Source of the DNA: a virus
Taxonomy: Duplodnaviria; Caudoviricetes
Length of the DNA: 62,920 nt
Virus record (IMG/VR): IMGVR_UViG_3300031576_000042
Span: 1 to 62,920 of that record
Direction: 5' to 3' (one strand)
Of this stretch, positions 19,445 through 26,630 are shown in pieces (the first letter of the stretch is position 1; each line of letters opens with the position of its first letter). The notes beneath the pieces are model-generated. The model had not been told where the DNA came from. It saw only the letters and a program-made list of their open reading frames with translations, and did no database searches. Both the position numbers and the translations under genes were made by a program.

Positions 19445-19765
19445 ATGATTCGACAGTCTGTACTAGCAGAGTATCTTAGCATACGTGATGCGCGACGTAA
19501 TGCGGAGAGAGCAATTCGCGCGCAGAAGTCTCAGGAGGATCGCGTCAAGGACGATATCATGACTTGTCTGGCAAACGGTGACAAGATCCAACGCGGAGAC
19601 CTTATCGCACTGGTAAGGGACGGCAGAGTATCACCGTCCTGGAAAGAGGAGTTTATTGCGGCTTGTGGCGCTGATGCGGCAGAAGCAGTCATATCGCGTA
19701 CATTGCCATCGCAGGAATTGATTGTGGAGAGCAAACATGGTGCGGCCATCGCAACAACTGTATAG
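19445..19765 (+). CDS. Hypothetical protein, paralog of 14811..15110
   Basis: SD AGGAGG; full-length similarity to 14811 ORF. Confidence 0.75.
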   Translation: MIRQSVLAEYLSIRDARRNAERAIRAQKSQEDRVKDDIMTCLANGDKIQRGDLIALVRDGRVSPSWKEEFIAACGADAAEAVISRTLPSQELIVESKHGAAIATTV

Positions 19766-19985
19766 TGTGCTACCTGTCGGTAGTTTGCCGGTACGATGGG
19801 GGGCTATAGTCTTAGCTGGTATGCCACGAGAAGCTATCCTAGTGGCGATACCCGGGAAGACCTCTAATCTTGATCGTGCGGTGTGGTATGACCAAGAAGG
19901 GCAGTATCTACAGGAAGACGTACTACCACGACAACCCGAATTGTAGTTTCAGTTTTCTCAACCATTTCTTAAGGAGTAGAGTCTC

Positions 19986-20954
19986 ATGAGTCATGAATTT
20001 CAGCAGGGATTTTTCAGCAACAAACAGCCGGCTTGGCACAAATTGGGAACCGTCTTGGACGGATGTCCAGACTACGATACTGCGATTAAGCTATCGGGTG
20101 CCGATCGTCTAGTTGAGAAACGCGAGCTGTATTATGAGACTTCTTCCGGGATCTACGCTCCGGTCGATTCTCATGTCGTTAACATCCGTGGTGACATCCA
20201 GATGGGCGTTGTCGGTCGCCGGTATGAAATCGTTCAGGACACGGAAGCTTTCGCTTTCGTCAAGCCGCTTCTGGACGATGGCACCCTTACTCTTGACGCG
20301 GGAGTTTCTCTCCGTGATGGCCGTACGTTCTGTTTGACCGCAAAGATGGCAAATGGTCAAGCCGATGTGCTTCCTGGCGATGAGCAGAGGCTTTATCTTG
20401 TCTTAAGCAATTCGCACGATGGTACTTCTCCCGTCAGCATCGGATTTACTTCTATCCGTGTTGTGTGTATGAACACAAATCGCATGTTCCTTCAGGGAAC
20501 TCAAGCGGGAGACAATCATAGTCTCCGCATGAAGCATACGCGATCGGTCCATCTCGGCATCGAAACCGCAAGGGAGACGATCGACGTGATTCAGCAGACG
20601 TGGCATGCCGATCTTGACGTGTTCCGGCGCATGGCGATAAAGACCATGAGCGGCCTTGAGTTTTCCCGCTTCGCTCGCAAGCTCATCACGCCGACCAACC
20701 AAGAGGAGCCTATCACAGACCTGCACGGCAAGACAAGGAAGGCTCTCGAGACTCTTGAGGCCAATTTCGTAGCTTTCGACGGTCCGACAGAAGCAACAGG
20801 TACCGCATGGGCAGCTTACAATGCGGTCACTAGCTACGTTGACCACGACCGTTATGCAGATGAGCGCAAGGCTTTCGAGTTCTCTTGGAACGGTGCTGGC
20901 CAGGACATGCGGGAGAGCGCTCTCGCATTGCTCACGGTAGTGGTGGCCTCCTAA
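19986..20954 (+). CDS. DUF932 / TIGR03299-family protein
   Basis: PAWHKLG, VGRRYEIVQ, SNSHDG, IRVVCMNT, KHT, GTAWAAYNAVTSYVDH; SD AAGGAG. Confidence 0.9.
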   Translation: MSHEFQQGFFSNKQPAWHKLGTVLDGCPDYDTAIKLSGADRLVEKRELYYETSSGIYAPVDSHVVNIRGDIQMGVVGRRYEIVQDTEAFAFVKPLLDDGTLTLDAGVSLRDGRTFCLTAKMANGQADVLPGDEQRLYLVLSNSHDGTSPVSIGFTSIRVVCMNTNRMFLQGTQAGDNHSLRMKHTRSVHLGIETARETIDVIQQTWHADLDVFRRMAIKTMSGLEFSRFARKLITPTNQEEPITDLHGKTRKALETLEANFVAFDGPTEATGTAWAAYNAVTSYVDHDRYADERKAFEFSWNGAGQDMRESALALLTVVVAS

Positions 20955-21059
20955 TGGCGCCCCATGCTCCTGTTGCTAATTTCGGACGATTCTCCGCTAT
21001 GGGTTCTGTTACTTTTGTTCATGGTTCTCGCGAGATGCAGGTCTAGACGTAGATAGTCG

Positions 21060-21097
21060 AGGAGTCATCTGGTAAGCTACCAGATGACTCCTTTTTT
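21060..21097 (+). terminator. Rho-independent terminator
   Basis: Perfect 15-bp inverted repeat AGGAGTCATCTGGTA-AGC-TACCAGATGACTCCT + T-run. Confidence 0.85.
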
Positions 21098-21131
21098 AAT
21101 GTCCTGCTTATATTCACACAAAGGAGATTCC

Positions 21132-22746
21132 ATGAAAGTCTACACTTGCTTCTGTGACGGCTACCACGGTAGTCGCTATCTACTGGAGCATTTTTCGTCG
21201 TTGAAGGCCGCATGGAATGCGTACCGTGGTAGATTACGAGGCAGCAAATCCCCTAGTGCATTTGGATCGACAATGGCAACTATGCAGCTCTATCACGAGG
21301 AGTACGATAAGCTTCCGTTTCTTGTCTTTGAGCAGCATGCGCTTACTGGTAGGCCTATCAAAGTTATGCAGTATCTCAAAACAAGGAAACACTAATGGAT
21401 GATACACTTAAGCAATGGTTCAAAGCAACACCTAATCTCGGTCAAACTGAGTCAGTAGAGTATCTTACCAAAGCTCTACACTATGTTGCTACTCTCAGGA
21501 CAATCATTAATGCTACTCTTAACGCCAAGCTAAAGCGCCGTAATGGTGATATCCTTACCGCTCAAGTGCAAGAGGGTATTGCTGATATCGCCTACAGACA
21601 GTTACCCACGGAAGCGAAACGGTGAGCACAATGGAAGCATATTTGTACGATGCTGATATCTACTGTGCTGATTGTGCAGCGGATATCAAGCAAGGTCTCA
21701 AGCCAAACTGTAAGCACTATAGAGACGAGTCGCAATATCCTGTAGGTCCGTATCTTGACGGTGGGGGAGAAGCAGATGGCCCGCAGTATTGCGGCAATTG
21801 CCATATTCATCTTTGTAATCCGCTTACCACAGATGGCTATCGTGTCTTATTGCAGGATTATCTTGATTTTCTTTCTCGCTTGGCCAACAGTACGTTACGA
21901 TCCACCGACCATAGAATCGAAGAAGCATGGGAGTTTTACTGTTCATCTACAACGCCCTATACGCTAGGAAGGGCTCTAGGAGCACAAGTAATTCATGGCT
22001 TACTCTCTCGGGAGAATATGGGATGAGCCGATACGATATCGTGCTAGGTCACTATGTGTTCTGTCTTCTTCACCATAAGGGGCAATGGTCTCCCCTGTAC
22101 GCTCGCCTCTTTCGCATTACTGGTTACTTCTTTCCTGGCCGATTATTCTCCGAAACGAAGTTTCTTGACCCGTCTAACGAGGAGTACGTTGAGGCCATGG
22201 AGGTCTACTATCATCTCTGCCGTAAACATAAGGTGAAGGTTTAATAAGCAGATTATATTTAACAGGAGACAAGCAATGCCCACAAGAATACAAGAGAATG
22301 CTCTCCCTGGCCTATGGTATAAAGTTACTGTCGGTCGCCCCGATCCTATTCAAACTACTCCCATAATCGATCTTACACTGCTTGCTAAGGCTCTTCCGCA
22401 CGGTTCCGGTATCGATGGCAATTGGTATATCCACGTCCATAACAATGGTAGTCTCACTATCTCAGGAGAGTACCATGTTATGGATGACAATGGGTATTAT
22501 CGTCACTGGGAGAGTTTCTCATTCAGGCTCTATGCTGCTAAGGCAGACTGTATTGTCAAGCTCAAAGGACCGTGCGAGGGACAAACCCAAGTAGTCTATT
22601 ATAAGGGAGAGGCTCTCATGTCAGGCATCTATGGTCTTACGTCCTACTCCCGTGGCAGATTACTACATGAGAATCTCTGGGAGACAATAGAGTATGCTCT
22701 ATCACAAGCTGGCATTAAGGTACAGGGAGAATATGTAGCACGGTAG
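21132..22746 (+). other. Early-like operon of hypothetical ORFs (21132-21395, 21395-21625, 21622-22026, 22023-22244, 22276-22746)
   Basis: Overlapping stop/start junctions and SD sequences. Confidence 0.65.
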
Positions 22747-22770
22747 TACTATAGGCTCACTTCCTTTCTT

Positions 22771-22809
22771 ACCCTCCCACAGGCTTCCAAGCTTATGGGA
22801 GGGTTTTTA
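22771..22809 (+). terminator. Rho-independent terminator
   Basis: ACCCTCCCA...TGGGAGGGT + TTTT. Confidence 0.75.
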
Positions 22810-22946
22810 TTGCATAGCGGGAAGGGCCTTCCCTGCCCCTACAGCGAGAGTTCCTTATCATCCCCTACTGTTTCACCATACACTATCAAGTATGCCTATA
22901 TGCGATCCTAGGCTGTTTTAGAGGGTATAACAAAGAAGTTGTTACT

Positions 22947-22981
22947 TTTATAGTTTATAATTTATAGTTTATAATTTATAT
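22947..22981. repeat. Tandem 7-mer TTTATA(G/A/T) x5
   Basis: tttatag-tttataa-tttatag-tttataa-tttatat. Confidence 0.8.
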
Positions 22982-23259
22982 TTCATAAACGATAGGGTTA
23001 TTTGAAAGGTGAATATTTCACTTTTGTGGATGGATGGTGCCTCAGAAACGCTTGTAAGTCTATATCCTACAACACTTTATGATCTTAACATAATCTTAAT
23101 ATGATCTTAATGTTGTGATATAAGCTGGCTATAATCTTATTCTGTAATGACAACTTCTTTGTTACAAAATAAACTTTGAAATAATCATATTGTTGCCTTG
23201 TGTGCAGGGTATCATATGTACGGGTAGCATAGTGCTGCCCATAAGAAAGGAGTACTGAT

Positions 23260-23463
23260 ATGACCAAAGGTGAGCTAAGGCTAGCACGGAAGGCGGCAGT
23301 AGCAGCAGGCTTGCCGTGGGCGGTAGTACAAGAGAATGGGCAGATCATAGTGGTGAGGGAGCGTACACGTCGCCAGGAGGCCAAGCATGCCCGTGGTATG
23401 GAACGGTGGGCACGAGCTTATGATCGTCTCCATGGGGCACCCGAGTCTTGTGAGGATAGGTAG
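23260..23463 (+). CDS. Isolated small basic protein
   Basis: Strong SD AAAGGAG; flanked by long non-coding AT-rich DNA. Confidence 0.6.
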   Translation: MTKGELRLARKAAVAAGLPWAVVQENGQIIVVRERTRRQEAKHARGMERWARAYDRLHGAPESCEDR

Positions 23464-23835
23464 ATAAGGCATGGTGATAGGTAGGGTCTATGCTGCCCTA
23501 CCGTGACGGTATAAGTATCAGTATGGTAGGTATAGGTTAGTATGGTACCCTAAGTATATATGTCGCTTTGACATATGAATGTTTTAGTCGGTCAAACCTA
23601 TTGGCACCTACACACTCAGAATGCACGACTTTTTCTGACTTTATCTTTATGATATTTGTAAAAACAATCTACAACCTCGCAACATACGATTTTTTTGAGC
23701 TTCTACTTTACAAATGTTGTCTGTCCTTTAATAATCGGCTTATAATCTATAGTTTATACTTTATAAAGTATAGTTTATGATTTTATAAGCAGCTTATTTT
23801 AGAAAGATAGGAATACAAAATTTGGAAAATAATGC

Positions 23836-23864
23836 TTGAAGCAGTGAGGAGTGCATGGTATAAG
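23836..23864 (+). promoter_or_regulatory. Putative sigma70-type promoter
   Basis: TTGAAG-N17-TATAAG with TG extended -10. Confidence 0.45.
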
Positions 23865-23874
23865 GGGGGGTCAT

Positions 23875-24270
23875 ATGGTAAATATAGCATTGTTGAAGAA
23901 AACGGTAAAGGTGCTGAGAGAGTTAAGTGAAGAGGAGATAAGGGATTGTTGGGATCTTTCTAGCTTCATGGCAGAGGATGCAAGTACTGGAAAGCTATGT
24001 AGTTGTGCTGTTGGGTGGAGCATAAGAAAGAGAGAGATATTGGATATCGAGCTGATACCAGTTGAGAATGATGAGGTGTATCGTATCGATTGGGTAAATC
24101 ATGGTAGAATAAAGAAGATGGAAGGTGATATAAGTATTCTTGGAATTTTATTTGACATGCCTGTAGAGGATGTAGTATACCTCTTTTATCCTCAGAATGA
24201 TTGCAGACTCAATGGAGTTGATGCTACCATTAAGAGGATTGAAGAATATATTACAAGTCATGAAGTATGA
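23875..24270 (+). CDS. Hypothetical protein
   Basis: WDLSSF...CSCAVGW pattern typical of small phage proteins. Confidence 0.6.
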   Translation: MVNIALLKKTVKVLRELSEEEIRDCWDLSSFMAEDASTGKLCSCAVGWSIRKREILDIELIPVENDEVYRIDWVNHGRIKKMEGDISILGILFDMPVEDVVYLFYPQNDCRLNGVDATIKRIEEYITSHEV

Positions 24271-25217
24271 AGCACATAGAGTAGATTGCCAACGATATGT
24301 GAAGTGTTACTATTGTGGAAAGCTTAAAAGAATAGAAGAAGAATCAGATTGTGTGGTATGTAAGTGGTGTAGCAGAGCTGATAGACGGACCGTTAGAGGG
24401 AATGGTAGTGAAATATTGCATACAAATCAAGGGAAGTAAAGATAAAGTACAGGAAATAAATCTCCTAAATAAAGAAAGACTCTTGACTTATAATAAAGTT
24501 GAAGGACAACATTTTAAGCTGACTAAAGTAGTTGATGTTACATTGAACTGAGACATCCTGTAGTTAAAGGATACGGGGACTGAAAGCACTTAATTGATGT
24601 GAGTAATACGCCCTGGTCTTGAGTCTATGGGATTGTGTAGTTTGAAGGTCAAAGGCTGCCTGATAGCGTTTGGGTAATCCACGGTTGGACAGCAAATGAG
24701 ACTGAATAGCTGCTGCGCTCAGAAGGTATTTTGAAGAATGGGATGATTGACTGGGAAAGTTTTATGAAATAATAAGGTATAAAATTTGTAAAAATAGTTT
24801 AATAAGGAGATTATAGCGCTGATAGATAATCCAGCTTGGTCTTCTTTGAAAGCCATACCTGTGGAGATGTTTCAAAAGCTGCTGGAAGCAGTCACAAGAG
24901 GTTGTTTGATTACTGCTGGTAGAGTTGGAGATCTCATGACACTAAACAGCAAGTACGAATGAGCAAAGAAATTTTACAAAAATAGCCGTTTTTTGTTTGC
25001 TCTCTCTGCGGTCGTGGTATACTGCTAAGCGTTGACGAGGGTACACCGATATTTGTGTGTAAGACATGTGTTGAAATGGTTTCTTATGTGCCTCCTACTA
25101 AGCTTGAAACAAAAGATCTTGTTGCGGTGCTCGAGCTTTCTAAGCATGGATTTAGTCACAGACTTCTTGAAATTATTCCTGGTTTAATAAGTAAGTTATT
25201 AACGTACAGGAGCGCAA

Positions 25218-25496
25218 ATGCTACCAAGTCAGTTATTGAGTAGCCCTAAAAGGTGGACTCAGGGTTGCTCTGCTCGGGATAAGAGAGGCATGGTAGTATC
25301 TCCGTGCGATCGGGATGTGGTTTGTTGGTGCGTTATGGGAGCTATCCGTAAGTGTGCTGTAGGTGATAAACAGTTGAATGAGTGGATGTGCAAGTTAATT
25401 GACGTGATTGGTTTAGTAGATATTACAATTTGGAATGATGATCCCAGTACGATATTCAAAGAAGTAAAAGCTGCGCTTAAAAAGGCTGGTATTTAA
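25218..25496 (+). CDS. DUF6197-like hypothetical protein
   Basis: WTQG..ARD..G..V.P....VCWCVMGAI...WND pattern; SD AGGAG. Confidence 0.55.
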   Translation: MLPSQLLSSPKRWTQGCSARDKRGMVVSPCDRDVVCWCVMGAIRKCAVGDKQLNEWMCKLIDVIGLVDITIWNDDPSTIFKEVKAALKKAGI

Positions 25497-25527
25497 TTTC
25501 AATCTTTTTTCAAGAGAGGATATTTCT

Positions 25528-26265
25528 ATGCGTCTCAGTCAAATTATTGCAGTCGAGAAGGATTTGAAGTCCAAAGCTACTGCGGAGGTCACTGCCCTCC
25601 ATAGGGCGAGCAGCAAGCCTGAGCTGTTCGAGGGTTTTACCAAAACTTACGTGCCAAAAGATGAGAACAGTGAGTCCTACCCTCCTGAACGTAAACTGGT
25701 ACAGATGCATGTTGACGAGTCTATGCAGAAGCTTAGGAGTATTCTAAAAGAAGTCTTGGATATTGAGGCTGTCAAGGATCTTGCCAATACTCAAGCAGTT
25801 GCTGAGATAGTTGTTGATGGAAAGCCAGTACTTGGCTATCCTATACCCACTACGCTTCTTCTCTTTCTTGAGAAACAAATGAATGATATCCGCACGTTCG
25901 TTGAAGCACTTCCTGTTCTCGATCCTTCGGAGAATTGGACGTATGATCCTAACACTGGTGGATATAGGGCTGATCCTACTACCACTCATCGTACCAAGAA
26001 GACTGCGAAAGCGATTGTCAAGTATCCGGCTACGGAACAGCACCCGGCGCAGACGGAAATGATTACCGAGGATGTTACTGTTGGCCATTGGAGCCAGATA
26101 CGTCATTCTGGTGCCATGGCTTTGGATAGTAAGGTAAAGATTTTGGAGCGGGTCAACAAGCTTGCTCGTGCAATCAAGGAAGCACGGGCTGAAGCCAATT
26201 CAAAGGAAGTTTCTCAGGAAATGAAGCCAGGGAGTACGATTCTCAGCTACATTTTCTCTGAATAA
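25528..26265 (+). CDS. Conserved uncharacterised 245-aa protein, putative partner of downstream structured RNA
   Basis: SD AGAGGA; motifs RLSQIIAVEK, TYVPKDE, LLFLEKQ, LPVLDP, ATEQHPAQ, SGA, AIKEARAEAN resemble (from memory) a widespread bacterial/phage family of unknown function. Confidence 0.85.
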   Translation: MRLSQIIAVEKDLKSKATAEVTALHRASSKPELFEGFTKTYVPKDENSESYPPERKLVQMHVDESMQKLRSILKEVLDIEAVKDLANTQAVAEIVVDGKPVLGYPIPTTLLLFLEKQMNDIRTFVEALPVLDPSENWTYDPNTGGYRADPTTTHRTKKTAKAIVKYPATEQHPAQTEMITEDVTVGHWSQIRHSGAMALDSKVKILERVNKLARAIKEARAEANSKEVSQEMKPGSTILSYIFSE

Positions 26266-26590
26266 CAGAACACGACAAGCTTAGCTTTACTTTCAAGCTG
26301 ATAAATCCTACATGTAGGTTCGACTCCTACCCCCCTCGCCATGTGAGGGGGTGGCGGAATGGCATACGCAGTAGCCGGTAATACGGTTGTCGTAGGGATA
26401 AAGGTTAGCCTGTTCGTGTAAGCTTAGCATTGCGATGGTCAGTATCTCTACCGCTGTGCCATATAAACACGAGACACTGGTTCGAATCCAGTCAGACCCG
26501 CCATGTGGGCCTGTAGCTTAGTGGAAGAGCGCGTGTTCTTAGAGCTTAAAACACAGCTTAAACGTCGTTACTGACAGAAGTCATCGCCAA
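26266..26590 (+). ncRNA. Large structured ncRNA with two circularly permuted tRNA-like modules (Y-RNA-like topology)
   Basis: T-arms GTAGG-TTCGACT-CCTAC (26314-30) and ACTGG-TTCGAAT-CCAGT (26476-92), each followed by 3' acceptor strand, GCCATGT, 5' acceptor strand and D-arm; nested long-range helices; no ORF; terminator follows. Confidence 0.85.
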
Positions 26591-26593
26591 GGG

Positions 26594-26630
26594 GGGAGGG
26601 GAGTGAGGCTATATCTCCCCTCCCTTTTTT
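26594..26630 (+). terminator. Rho-independent terminator closing the protein+ncRNA unit
   Basis: GGGAGGGGAG...CTCCCCTCCC + TTTTTT. Confidence 0.85.

Noticed and set aside
23755-23772. Protelomerase (telRL) site
   Set aside because: Only 18 bp, very AT-rich, and no protelomerase gene recognised
26345-26503. A conventional linear tRNA (5' half of module 1 + 3' half of module 2) with an intron
   Set aside because: GAGGGGG does not pair with CAGACCC, whereas each permuted pairing is 6-7/7; no anticodon loop or intron features
26266-26590. Two-piece tmRNA or canonical YrlA
   Set aside because: No G3:U70 alanine identity, full D-stems present, no tag ORF seen; no Ro60/TROVE gene recognised, and two modules rather than one
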